Part shown: piece after piece, positions 52,137 to 64,000 of the stretch
How positions within the stretch are numbered: position 1 is the first letter of the stretch
Layout of the letters: each line of letters opens with the position of its first letter
Source of the DNA: Hypanus sabinus
Lineage: Eukaryota
Assembly (NCBI RefSeq): GCF_030144855.1
Contig: NC_082711.1
Span: 167,586,001 to 167,650,000, forward strand
Reading direction: 5' to 3'
Length of the DNA stretch: 64,000 nt
The notes under the pieces: generated by a model
What the model saw: the letters and a program-made list of their open reading frames with translations, nothing else
What the model was told of the DNA's origin: nothing
The model's database searches: none
Position numbers and translations under genes: made by a program

Positions 52137-54639
52137 GTTTGGATAATGTGATTGGGATGATAAAGGACATAGATACTTCCAGTGCCCATTCAATAAAATG
52201 CGAAATCATTGAAAATAAAACACACCCTGAGAATGAAAGGCTGAACGTATGAAGAGAGTTTACTGGCTATGAGTCTGCAGTCATGGAGTTCAGAAGGATG
52301 AGGGGGATCTCATTAAGAGGCTCTGGGAAGGATGTTTCCAAAAATGATCCTGGGTCTGAAAGGGTTAAAGTGTGAGAAGTGTTTGATGGGCCTGTCCTCA
52401 CTGGATTTCAGATTAGAAGGATGGGGGTGGGAGGAGTGGGATCTCATTGAAACCTGCTGAATATTGAAAGGACTAGATAGATTGGAGGTGCAGAGGATGT
52501 TTCAAAATAGTGGGAGAGTCTAGGACCAGAGGGCATAGTCTCAATACAAGACATCCCTTCACAACAGAAATGAACAGAAATTTATTTAGGTTTAGGGTGG
52601 TGAATCTGTAGAACTCATTGCCATAGATGCTGTGAAGGTCAAGTCAAAGGGTATAAGTCAGAGGCTGATAGGTTCTTGATTAGTGAGGGATATAAGGGGA
52701 GAAGGCAGGAGAGTGTGGTTGAGAGGGATAATAAATCAGGCATCATTGAATGATGGAGCAGACTTGAAGAACCAATTGCTAAGTTCTGCTTCTATGTCCG
52801 ATCTTCAGTTTAACTTCAGAAACTCCCGTACAGAGTGGATCCAAGGGCACAGCCTCAGAATAAAGGGATGTCCTGGAGAAGTGAGGTGAGGAGGAATTTC
52901 TTTAACCGGAGGGTGGTGAACCTGTGGAATTTGTTGCCATGGAGGGGCTGTGGAGGCCAAATCATTTGGAATGCGTGACTAGTTTGATAAGTTCTTGATT
53001 GGTGATGGTGGGGGGTGGGAGGGGTTTGATTTGAGGGTTGTGGGAAGAAAGTGGGAGAATGGAGTTAAGAAAAAGATCAGCCATGGTTGATTGGGGCAGA
53101 CTCAGTGGGAGGAGAGGTCTAATTTTTGTCCTATATGTTACGGTTGCCACTGCTGATCAACATTCAGTGACCCCACCCCATCAGAATTTCAGATGTGTTG
53201 GAGGAGGAGTTGGAAGGTCACTTTCCTATTGTCAACTGGGGACTTGCCACCACAAGCGATTCAAAACCTTTCGGAAGAATCTGGCCATTGTCTCTTGCGT
53301 AACACACACACATATTGCTCCAGCGTCAGACATCTGCAGTCTTGTGTGGCCATCATCCGTTGACTGGCCCACAACACATAGAGAAACCTGGCAAGAAGAA
53401 AGCTGCTGTTCAGAAAATGAATTATAGCAATATTTCAAAAAAATATTGCTGAGCGAGTGCAAGAAAATTCTGTGGCCTCAGGCAATTAGTGTGCATTATT
53501 GAAAGCATTGCAATTTCTGCTGAAAAGATCAGGCATCTTGTCTTGAGTATAATTCATCTGCAGACCAGAGCGCAGAAAAGGATATGCCTTTAAGAAGCAT
53601 TCTCTTCCTCAATAGGCAGGATTTGAGCGAGTAAATTTTAACGAGGTGGCATTTGTTCTTCTGTTTCCCCCGTACTATCTATTCCTCTGGCTGTAATTGT
53701 TTTCTGAAAGCTACTGTACCCAACCTACCAAACAGGAGCAGTGGGCACCTCTGCTTATCGGAGGTCTATCTTCTGTTTTTTTGTTTAACTCCAGTCCCCT
53801 GGGTCACACTGTCAGTGAAGCATCCACTCATTCTGTCAGATTCACTGCACTGAGCTGCCGCCGGCCCCCTTTTAGAAGCGACCGCTGAGGATGGAGCAGG
53901 CTTTTTTTTATTCCCTCCCATCACAATTCTGCATTAGCCCGTTTTGGAAACACAAATTACTGTGCCAGACGTCGTAGGAGCCCCAGCTGCTCCTTTTCGA
54001 TCCAGATTGGGGAAGAAAAGGAACAAATGAGCACCCTTCCCATCGCTGGTTCCTGTATTGACTTCATCCGGGTGGTCCTCAAGGACCCAGGTGCTGGGAC
54101 GGGAAAAATTGATCTCACTGTTTTGAATAGTCACTGGAGGATTTTCTTGGTACCTTCCTTACTCTTATCCAATTAAGAGTAATGATCTTTGTTAAGAATT
54201 GTAATTTTGAAAATTGCTCGCCAGCAGTGCTAGAATAATAATTTGGTGAGTGACAGATTCTCCGCCTCAGGGTAACTTGCTAGTCAGTGAGTGGGGCGGC
54301 CCTCAAACTGAATCACTGTAATGTTTAGCACTCTAAAGCTGCATTGTCGTAATCTTCAGCAAGCAGCAATCACCTGAAGAGCTCCTTCACTTCACCTGAG
54401 ATCATCATTAGGCAGGTGAGAAGGAAAGGACTCATCAGCTCATTTGTTCTCCCGCTGACAGCAGAATGTCATCTCAGGATTGCCCCGGGTGTGTAATTAA
54501 AACCCAATCTAAATCCAATTAAGCATGGCCAATCTGAACCCAACCTGTCAGGTCCTATTGGACATGGGTCAGGTTGCCAGCTTTGTAAACAACCTTTCTA
54601 GCTGTTGTACTTCATGTGGGATATGGGGGAATGCTGGCA

Positions 54640-55490
54640 CAGGTTGGGCACCTCTTATCCGAAATTCCAAAATCCGAAAACTTTTTTGAGCACTGACGTG
54701 ATATCACAAATAGAAAATTCCACAGGGCACTTGTCTTGGTGCACCACAGACATTTCTGAGAGGTGATCTCATGTAGGTAATGAATAGAAGGTGATGAAAA
54801 ATAGCAAAACACCACATAAAGTGAAAAAATGAAGAGCAGAACTGTGTATTGAAAATAAATTCGTCAGCGTCAGAGGGAACATATGCCGCTTAACGGTATG
54901 CTGAACACCAAACAATCATGACAAACTGAAAATTGAAGTTAATTGTGAATATTCAGCAGAATGTTTGCAGAAATTTAAGAAAAGGTGTGGCATTAAATTT
55001 TTAAAGATTTGAAAATTTTTAAAAATAAAGCATTTGCAGATCACAAAGCAGCAGAGAAATTCATTGATAAGTTTATGACAATCATCACTGATGAAAATCT
55101 AACACCAGAAGTCTACAATGCTGATTATTTTTACACCTTGTATAAATCCTAAAAAAAAGTAAAATATAAATACTGTAGTGTAACCTTTTAATCAAAACAG
55201 GTGGAGAATGAAAGCCTGGTTTTGTTGTTATTCAACATCTCATTCAGGCATTCTTCCAATGATGCTGTTGCTATCCTGCACACATTATATTCTCATTATA
55301 TTAAAGGTATATCATGTTTTTTTTACTGTAAGTACATATGTGTGATGAACAAATGTAAGACAAACACCATATTTATGTGCTACCAGTAAGCAGAGTCAGA
55401 AATGATGGTGATCCCAAGCTATCTCATTATATATTCTGAAATCTGAAACTCTTCTGGCGCCGGCATTTCGGATAAGGGGTACTCAACCTG
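54640..55490 (+). mobile_element. Tigger/pogo-like internally deleted transposon
   Basis: TIRs CAGGTTGGGCACCTCTTATCCGAAAT / ATTTCGGATAAGGGGTACTCAACCTG-TA; relic CEYSA..LQKFKKR.GIKFLKI...ENLTPE.VYNAD. A related end lies at about 22100-22222. Confidence 0.88.
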
Positions 55491-55601
55491 TATATGTTTC
55501 TGCACTGAGTTGCCCTTAAACTGTGTACCTTACTGGGCTATTTCAAACAGTAGTTAAAAGCCAACTGTGCGTGTGTGTGAAATCACATACTGTATACACA
55601 G

Positions 55602-56225
55602 TGGTGAATAAGCTCTTCTTGGGCCTCAAGCTGGGTACAAGTATTGATTATAACCGCTGTTTCGCTGATCAGCTCTGCCATTTTCTTCAGAGCTGATGCC
55701 TGGGCATGTCTAGTCTTGTATTTATACCAAAAGCCATTGGCTGGGCACAAAGGTTTGCAGAGCAGTGTATATCAGTCAGATGGGACACACGGTGGAAACA
55801 CACCAAGGACCACAGGAGATCTACCCAGAGAAATTGGCAGTAGCAGAACATTGCATTTGCAGTGGCCATAGGATTGACTACTGTGTTGCGCCAGTGGCTT
55901 TTGGGACCGTCTAGTAAAGGAATCCATTGAAATAAAACTAGAGGGAAAGAATTTTAACAGAAACAAAGGTCTCCCTCTAAATAAGAGCTGGAATTTGATT
56001 GTAAACAATCAAACAAGGTAAACAAGGTTGGAGTGCAGAAGCCTGACTGGATATGGACTAACTAACCAGGAGGGATGGAGTACAGGGATATAAATACCAC
56101 CGGACTAGGTGATGCCCAGGTATCATCCCTGAAGAAGATGGCAGATTGTGTTATCGAAATGTCAATTATAATCGATACCTGTACCTGGCTGGAAGCCTGA
56201 GAAGAGTTTGTTCATCATGTATGCC
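55602..56225 (+). mobile_element. Second-family Penelope-like element with inverted pLTRs around a GIY-YIG relic
   Basis: Relic reads YISQMGHTVETH.KDH...PEKLAVAEHC...GH.ID...FWDRLVKESIEIKL...NFNRNKGL.LNKSW. 55602-55730 is the reverse complement of about 56087-56220. CTGAAGA...GAAA motif at about 56128-56160. Confidence 0.88.
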
Positions 56226-56248
56226 AGGAAAGCACAAGATCCTATCTT

Positions 56249-56780
56249 CACTCAGTGGCCATTTATTAGGTATATCTATGTACCTGCTCATTAATGCAAA
56301 TATCTAATCAGCCAATCACATGGCAGCAACTCAATGCATAAAAGCACACAGACATGGTCAAGAGGTTCAGTTGTTCAGTCCAAACATCGGAATGGAGAAG
56401 ATGTGATCTAAGTGACTTTGACCATGGCATGTTTGGTGCCAGATGGGGTGGCTTGGGTATCTCAGAAACTGCTGATCTCCTGGGACATTCACACACAACA
56501 GTCTCTGGAGTTTACAGAGAATGGTACGGCAAGCAAATAGCATCCAGTGAGCAGCAGTTCTGAGGGCGAAAGCCCTTGTTAATGAGAGAGGTCAGAGGAG
56601 AATGGCCAGACTGGCTCAAGCTGACAGGAAGGTGACAGTAACTCAAATAGCCACACGTTACAACAGTGGAGTGCAGAAGAGCATCTCTGAATACATAACA
56701 TGTCAAACCTTGAAGTGGATGACCTACAGCAGAAAATCATGAACGTACAGTCAGTGGCCACGTTTACTGAATAAAGAGGC
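56249..56780 (+). mobile_element. Tc1-like element, same family as 60373-62040
   Basis: CACTCAGTGGCCATTTATTAGGTA start; CDLSDFDHGMFGAR..GLGISETADLLG.SHTTVS. Confidence 0.82.
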
Positions 56781-57430
56781 CACAGATTGTGGGTTAGACA
56801 TGGCAAGGTCAGCTTTGCGAGTCTGATAGATTTTTGTAGGAAAAACAAAATGCTGGAAATTCTCAGCCAGATCAGCAATATCTGTGGAGAAAGAAACAAT
56901 TTAATGCTTTGGATTTGTGCACTGGTCTCAGACTAGTCTAAAATAACTTAAATCTCTTATCAGTACAGCTGGAAGATTGCTAATATAAACCATTTCTATT
57001 AATTATGTTGGACACTTTGTCAACAGTGTGCTGTCATGCCCACAGCAGTTTACCTTAACCGCTATCTATTACTGTTACAAGCTTTTTATTCCAGATTTAT
57101 TTAATTAAGTGGATTTTAATCTGCATAGTGGTGGTTAGATTTGAGTGCAATTTATTTGGATAAACCTATATTCAACCAGTTAAATACTAAGAGTCTCTAA
57201 GTTGCAGTTTGCAAGACAATGATCAATTCCTTGCAAGTCCTTGTTCGGAAACTTTTGTACTGGGGATACATTCACAGTTATGATTCTGATGAGAAGTCAA
57301 TGACTTCGCATGCTGCTCTCGGCCTGTTGAACACTGCTGGCATTTTCTATATTGCAGATTTTCAGCATTTGCAGTGTTGGTAACTATTTGTTTACAGTTG
57401 TCTGTGACCACTGGTTAGTGCCAGGATTAC

Positions 57431-57708
57431 CCCCTTTCCCCCTTTCCCCCTTTCCCCCTTTCCCCCTTTCCCCCTTTCCCCCTTTCCCCCTTTCCCCCTT
57501 TCCCCCCCTCTCCCCCCTCTCCCCCCTCTCCCCCCTCTCCCCCCTCTCCCCCCTCTTCCCCCCTCTTCCCCCCTCTTCCCCCCTCTTCCCCCCTCTCCCC
57601 CCCCTCTCCCCCCCTCTCCCCCCCCTCTCCCCCCCCTCTCCCCCCCCTCTCCCCCCCCTCTCCCCCCCCTCTCCCCCCCCCTCTCTCCCCCCTCTTTCCC
57701 CCCCCCCC
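57431..57708. repeat. Pure pyrimidine microsatellite-like tract, (CCCCCTTT)n grading into (CCCCCCTCT)n
   Basis: About 280 nt of only C and T. Confidence 0.95.
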
Positions 57709-57905
57709 CAGAACTCAGCAGATCAGTCAGTATCTCTGGAGATGAATCAAGAGTCAACATTTCAGGCTGAGACCCCTCGTGAGGATCAGGACCTGTTAAA
57801 GGCTGTCAGCCCAAGACTTTATTCCCCTTCATAGATGCTGCCTGACCTGCTGAGTCCTCTAGCATTTTGTGTGTGGGTTACTCTAGATTTCCAGCATCTC
57901 TTGTG
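57708..57905. mobile_element. Head-to-head PLE pLTR pair
   Basis: GAACTCAGCAG...TTTCAGGCTGAGACCC followed by its inverted counterpart GATGCTGCCTGACCTGCTGAGT. Another pLTR lies at 58385-58535 (-). Confidence 0.7.
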
Positions 57906-58789
57906 TTCATGGCCTGGATGTTAGTTTATGTTTGATGACTCTCCTGAGATATGTTATTATGATTTTGGCTTTGTATAAACAAGTTGTTGCTGTTTTTGGA
58001 CTGACTGACCCAGTTCCTGCTACAGTTGGCCTATCAAGCCTTAATTCATATTTAAATACACAAATTTGTCTTCATGAAAGAGTCATCTGGGAAGGCTGAT
58101 GAGACCAAAAGGCAGTGTGCCAATTTGCATTTGTAATTTTCCAGATATTTAAGAAGTTGAAATGAGTTTAACTACAAAAGTTGAAGCAGATCTCCAATGG
58201 TTTGTTTAAAACAAAAGTCCTTCAGAAGATCTGTACTTTCACCAAGCCAGAATCCAGTGATTATGATCATATTGGTTCAGAATAACCAGTGCTTTATGCC
58301 TTAATAGAATAGCATAGAGGTTTTAACAGTGCAATTAACATATACCCACATTAGATTTAGCGGATGTTGGCAATTCAGAATGCGCACACAAAATGATGGA
58401 GGAACTTCAGAAGGTCAGGCAGTGTCTATGAAGAGAAATAAACAGTCAATGTTTCGGGCTGAGACCCTATGTTAGGCCTGGAAAGCAACAAGGAAGAAAC
58501 CAGAATAAGAAGGTGGTGGGAGGGGAAGAAGTAGAGGCTTGTATTTCTTTCATCTTCCAACTTAATCTGGCCCCATCCCCCTTTCTTTTTCTGTCCTAAT
58601 AAATAGATTAAAATATGCTTGTTGTTCCCTTGCCGTCTAACTGGACTGACTATCTGCACTCCTCCAATTATGGACTTACTGAGCAAAAGCAATTCCATTA
58701 GCTTATTTTCCTCTAATTATCAGGCCTTTAAAATCTCTACTTCCCTAGACCTCTCTCTTCCTTTAGGACATTCCTTAAAAGCTAATTTT

Positions 58790-59965
58790 GACAACCCTCT
58801 TATCAAATATCCTAATATTCAGTTTTATGTATATAAGACTCTGAATAATCTAGCTGCTCCATATAGTTTAGAGTATCTATCCCCTCACATCCCTAATTGT
58901 AATCTTAGATCCGCAAATACTGGTTTGCTTAGAGTTCCAGAGCCCTCGTTTAAGAACTGGTGATGCAGCCTTATGCACTTGTGCATCAAAAATCTCAAAT
59001 GCTCCACTGACTAAGATACACCTGGCTAGTAATGTGGAATGTTTCAAAACACTTCTAAAAACCTACTTCTTTTATTTGGCCTAATTATAGGATTACTTGA
59101 TGCCTGTTGATGACATTTATATAATTTGGTATTCTGTGGTTGGATGTTTTATATTTTGTTTTTTTTTGTTGCCATTTGCATGGTTTGCTCTTATTCATAT
59201 TGGGTGTATCTTTGTTTTGTGGCTGTCTGTGGGAAGGCGAATTTCACAGTTATATACTGCAAATATATTCTGATAATAAATGTACTTACATTTTATTCAA
59301 AGGTTCATTTATTTTCAAAGTATGTATGCAATATTCAACTCTGAGATTCTTCTTTTCCAGATAGCCACAAAACAAAGAAAACCATGGAAGTCAGTTCAAA
59401 GAGAAACAGCAAATCCACACCCTCACTAAAAAAGAAAGGCAATGCGATCATCATCTCCCCAAAACCCTCACTCCCTGACAAGAAATACAACAAGAACATT
59501 GGCCCTCAAATCTCCTCCCTCACCCGCACAACAAACTAACAATGACACATCAAGAACATCAACCCCCCCCAACCTTTCTCCCCCACACAAAACACAAGAA
59601 CATTGACACCCAAATCCCCCTCCCTCAACCAAAAAAAAAACTGAGAAAGAACGGGAAACAACACAGAATATAAAAGCCATAAGACTGAAAAGTCCATAGT
59701 CCAGATCCATAAATGCAGAACCTTGATAATATCCTTCAACATCATCGAAAGAGAGAGGCACAATTTGAATGCAAAGGCCCACCCTACAGGCATAGAGATT
59801 GGCCACATAGTCTCCTTCTATGTAATGTTTGTCTTATGATTTTCAATTTTGTCTTATACTTTTATGACTATATTGATTTATCTTCATCTTTACAATCTGC
59901 GTAAAGCACATTGAGCCTGCATCTTAATGTATAAAAGATTCTATATAAATAAAGCTATTATTATT
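58790..59965 (+). mobile_element. L2 LINE 3' end split by other repeats (about 59100-59810)
   Basis: VYKTLNNLAAPY..E.L.P..P..NLRSA..GLLRVP, FKTLLKTYFF; L2-type tail GTAAAGCACATTGAG...TATATAAATAAAG(TAT)n. Confidence 0.75.
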
Positions 59966-60372
59966 CGAGAGTGTGTGTGTGCCTATGGGGAATGGGGGTA
60001 GGAAGAACTCTTGTTGATCAAACTTTTGTTATATTAATATCTCCTTTTGTAATACTATGCTTCAAAGTTGTACCCTTTGTTGAAGGTGTTTCAGAAATTG
60101 ACAAAAGAATCCTGAAAAGGGGGTAATCAGGCAGATTTTAATGGAACAAAAAAATTGCAGAATTGGATTTCTATGTACACAAAACCTATTGGTCCTATTT
60201 TTGCCAGGTGATGTGCAATCAGCATGATGTGATTTTTTTTATCTTGACAACTGACCTTGAAACCTTCTCTATTAAACAATTGGTGAAAGATCAAGTCATG
60301 ACTGTAAACTGTGACTACTTTGGATTCTGTTGGGCTCCTTGATATCTACCTTCCCGCTTAAGTTTTACTGTA

Positions 60373-62040
60373 CACCCAGTGGCCACTTTATTGGGTACAC
60401 CAGGACACTTGTCCACCTGCTCCTTAATGCAAATATCTAACCAGCCAATCACATGGCATGGTCAAGTGTTTCAGTTGTGGTTCCGACCAAACATTAGAAT
60501 GGGGAAGAAATGTGATCTGAGTGACTTTGACCATGGAATGATTGTTGGTACCAGACAAGATGGTTTGTATAGCTCCGAAACTGCTGATCTCCTAACATTG
60601 TCACGCACTATAGTCTCCAGAGTTTAATGAGAATGATTATTAAAACTTAATAAAAACGTCCAGTGTCTGGCAGTTAAATTGAATGAATTGAATTAAACTG
60701 ACTTTATTTCTTACATCCTTCACATACATGAGGAGTAAAAATCTTTATGTCAGGTCTCCACCTGAATGTGCAAAGTGCAAACTATGGTAATTCTGTGGGT
60801 GAAAATGCTTTGTTAATGGGAAAGGCCAGAAGAGAATGGCCAGATTGTTTCAAGTAGACTGGAAGGTGACAGTAATTCAAATAATCACATGTTACAAGAG
60901 AATTTTCAAGTTTAAATATCATTCAACCATACATGAATATAGCCAAACAGAACTGCAATCCTCTAGGAAAACTTGCAAAATTCTGTTCTAACGTGTGATT
61001 ATTTGAGCCACTGTCACTCTCCTATCAGCTTGAACTAATCTGGCCATTCTCCTGAACTCTCACAGTAACTCAAATAGCCTATGACAACAGAGGTATGTAG
61101 AGGAGCATCGCTGAACGTACAAAACGTAAAAAAATTCATGTCACATGCTTGTGATAATAAACCTGATTCACAGGGCCATCAGGCAGTGGTCAGCACGTAA
61201 GGTCCTGCAGGCACTGCAGGAGAAGGACGTGATGGACATGGTGGGGTGGTTCCCTGAGCAGACCGTCCAGTTCATCTGGCAAAATGCCTCATCGCCAGGC
61301 CTCACCAACAGGCACCAAGACCTCGCCTGGCTGGCGGTGAGAGGGGCCCTCCCAGTCCGATTCCTCCTGTACACCCGGAATGTCATCTCCACACCCCTCT
61401 GCCCACGGGAGGACTGCAGTGAGAAGGAGTCAGTGACCCACCTCTTTGCACACTGTGGGTTCGTGGAGGAGGATGGAAGGGGCAGTGACGAGGTTCATCC
61501 CCAGCAGCTGCGTAACAGAGGACTCTCTGATCTACGGGCTGTTCCCGGGGACGCACACCGAGACCAACATCCGGTGCTGCTGGCAGATCATCAACTCGGT
61601 CAAAGACGCTCTTTGGTTGGCCCGAAACTTGATGGTCTACCAGCACACGGAGATGTCCGTGGGGGAATGCTGCCGACTGGCACATTCTCAGCTGCAGGAG
61701 TACATGCTGAGGGACGCACTCAAACCTGGTCCAGCCACCGCAAGGGCCCAGTGGGGAAGGCCCACAGTCTAGGGTTCTTCTCCCGTGGGAGTTGAGGGGT
61801 AGGGGGGTTGGGGTATACCCCCTAAACGTAAATATGAAAGAACAGAGTGCCACGTGGGTGGCAAAGCTTTTGAATTTTGAAAATGTAAAGACAGTAATGG
61901 TAACAACTGTAAAGAATTGAAAGTCTTTGAATGGTTGTTGTATTTAATTTTATTTTTGAATTAAGTGTATTTTGTTTAATAAAAAATAAACCTGATTCTG
62001 AAAACGAACAAGAGGTACCTAATAAAGTGGCCACTGAGTG
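60373..62040 (+). mobile_element. Tc1-like non-autonomous element carrying nested insertions
   Basis: TIRs CACCCAGTGGCCACTTTATTGGGTAC / GTACCTAATAAAGTGGCCACTGAGTG; HTH relic MGKKCDLSDFDHGMIVG...SETADLL.SRTIVSRV. Confidence 0.85.
61170..61990 (+). mobile_element. Tx1/L1-clade LINE 3' end nested in a Tc1-like element
   Basis: LAWLAVRGALPVR...CPREDC...ESVTHLFAHC zf-RVT; frameshifted continuation WQIINSVKDALWLARN; AATAAA tail. Confidence 0.88.
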
Positions 62041-62784
62041 TGCATTGATGCCATTTTATGGAAAACCTTTTTTTGGTATAAATTTAAGTTTTAAGAATTA
62101 ATTCCTTATGGTAGGTGCCTGTGAAATCGTTCTCTTCTCATGTTAATTAGCTATTAATTAAATTGCACACATCTGTATATCAGCTTTTGAAGCCTGAAGC
62201 AAATGGAACAATCAAGTCTATCATGCATTCTATCTCCTAATCTGCAAATCAAAGCATAATGTTCCATTCATTCCTATTTATTTCTACTCAATAGAAACAC
62301 ATTATCATTAGAAAAGAGAGGTTTAAAGCATATCTAAGAGATAACTTCTAAATTCAGATGAGTTTTGTCTAAATTGGAATAGATTCTTTCTGCTGATTGG
62401 TAAATAGGTAACTAATTAACATAAATCATCGCCAAGATAATTTAAGGATTCTTTTACCTGCTCAACTATTCAGTACAGTAATCTTTTAGCTCAGAGCCAC
62501 TTTCTGGTACTAACTCTTGATTCCCTCGCAATCCAAAAAATCTTTCAATTGATTGGCCTATAATTATGGATTGGGGAATTATTTATAGAATATAGAATGC
62601 CCAGAATCCAGTTGGGATTTTAATGGAAATGTGTATACATTTTTGAGAGAAAAAAGTTAAAGCATGAACAAGGCTGAGAGTTGGTACTAGGAAGATGGCG
62701 GTCATTGTGGCTTCCTTCCATATTCTACATATCAAGACAAGTCAAGTTCATTGTCATTTAACTATTTACATGTGTACCATCAAA

Positions 62785-63612
62785 TGAGTTGATCATAGAT
62801 TACAGTAGGAATGGAGATAGTCTCGCCCCGATTGCAATTGAGAGGTTGAGTACTTTCAAGTTCCTCGGTACACACATCACCAATGATCTCACCTGGACTG
62901 TACCCACCAGCTGTGTGGCAAAAAAAAGCACAACAGCGTCTCTTCCACCTCAGGCGACTGAAGGTATTTGGCATGAGCCCCCAAATCCTCAAGGTCTACA
63001 GGGGCACCATTGAGAGCATACTGATTGGCTGTATCACCGCCTGGTACAGGAACTGCACCAACCTTGATCGCTGGGCACTGCAGAGAGTGGTACGGACAGC
63101 CCAGCGTATCTGTGGATGTGAACTTTACTCCTTTGAGGACATATATAGCAGCATGTGCAGAAAGAAGGCCTTTGAAGATCATCGGGGACACCAGTCACCC
63201 CCAACCACAAACTGCTTCAGTCTGGCAAATGGTACCGTAGCATTAACCATATAACAATTGCAGCACAGAAACAGGCCATCTCATCCCTTCTATTCCGTGC
63301 CGACGCTTACACTCACCTGGTCCCACTTGCCCGCACTCAGCCCATAACCCTCCATTCCTTTCCTATCAATATACCTATCCAATTTTACTTTAAATGACAA
63401 TACTGAACCTGCCTCAGCTACTTCTACTGGAAGCTCATTCCACAAAACTCATTCTTAAAGCCAAGACCAATAGGCTACGAGACAGCTTCTTTCTACAAAC
63501 CATTAGACTTCCAAATTCACATGTCTGTACCTTGCAATGGAGTCATAACACAAAGATTCTTATTCCCCATGTTGTGGATTGGATGTAAAATTTGAATAAA
63601 ATCAAATTCAAA
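62785..63612 (+). mobile_element. Rex/Babar-like fragment with a nested CR1 3' end (about 63250-63440, -)
   Basis: FKFLGTHIT, KAQQRLFHLRRL...YRGTIESILIGCITAWY; resumes at KAKTNRLRDSFF after the insert. Confidence 0.85.
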
Positions 63613-64000
63613 TGAGACAACATTTCTCTGAAGTGTAAAGCACAGTAGTACACCTCACACACATAACACACAATAAATTAGGGAAATAAGGATAAATTTT
63701 ACAGATGAATTACACATATAAAACAAAGGAAGGTGCATAAATTAAATATTGTAAGGTACGGAATATATGCTACATATGAATGGGTGAAGAATACACAGGC
63801 ACTCGGTATTATTTCATAGATATGTATCTGAAGAAAGGATTGATTTTCATAAGATATAGGAACAGAATTTGGCCATTTGGCCCATTGAATTTGCTCCACC
63901 ATTTCATCATGGCTGACCCTCTCAGCTCCATTCACCTCCCTTCTCCCTGTATCCCTTCATGCCCTGACCAGTCAATCACTGCCTTCAATATACATAAAGA

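Noticed and set aside
57352-57834. Pro-rich and Gly/Arg-rich ORFs
   Set aside because: Translation of a C/T simple repeat.
1-64000. CRISPR arrays, operons or prokaryotic defence systems
   Set aside because: The sequence is vertebrate genomic DNA with no regular repeat-spacer array or gene-dense operon.

Overview
This is a vertebrate, repeat-rich eukaryotic window, not a prokaryotic one. The transposon content (HE1-type V-SINEs, CR1 with esterase ORF1, many Penelope-like elements, Rex/Babar, Tx1) suggests a cartilaginous fish, probably a ray; that is an inference. The only host coding sequence I can support is the first coding exon of an LHFPL7/TMEM211-like tetraspan gene (+ strand, about 9.2-9.5 kb) in a CpG-rich promoter region. 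I recognised no downstream exon, so the remaining ~54 kb is probably intron 1. That region holds a structurally complete but inactivated CsRn1-type Gypsy element (235-bp LTRs, tRNA-Trp PBS, CHCC Gag motif, -1 frameshift site, integrase with a C-terminal AT-hook) and a solo LTR with a perfect TSD. It also holds three families of Penelope-derived elements with minimal hammerhead-ribozyme motifs (one a coding-free palindrome), and a composite Tc1-type MITE built from two mini-hairpins that appears to move LINE-derived cargo. Tc1, Tigger and hAT relics and many nested LINE fragments fill the rest. Most six-frame ORFs are TE remnants or chance ORFs. Family names come from motif recognition, not from searches. 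I cannot show from sequence alone that any system here is undescribed.
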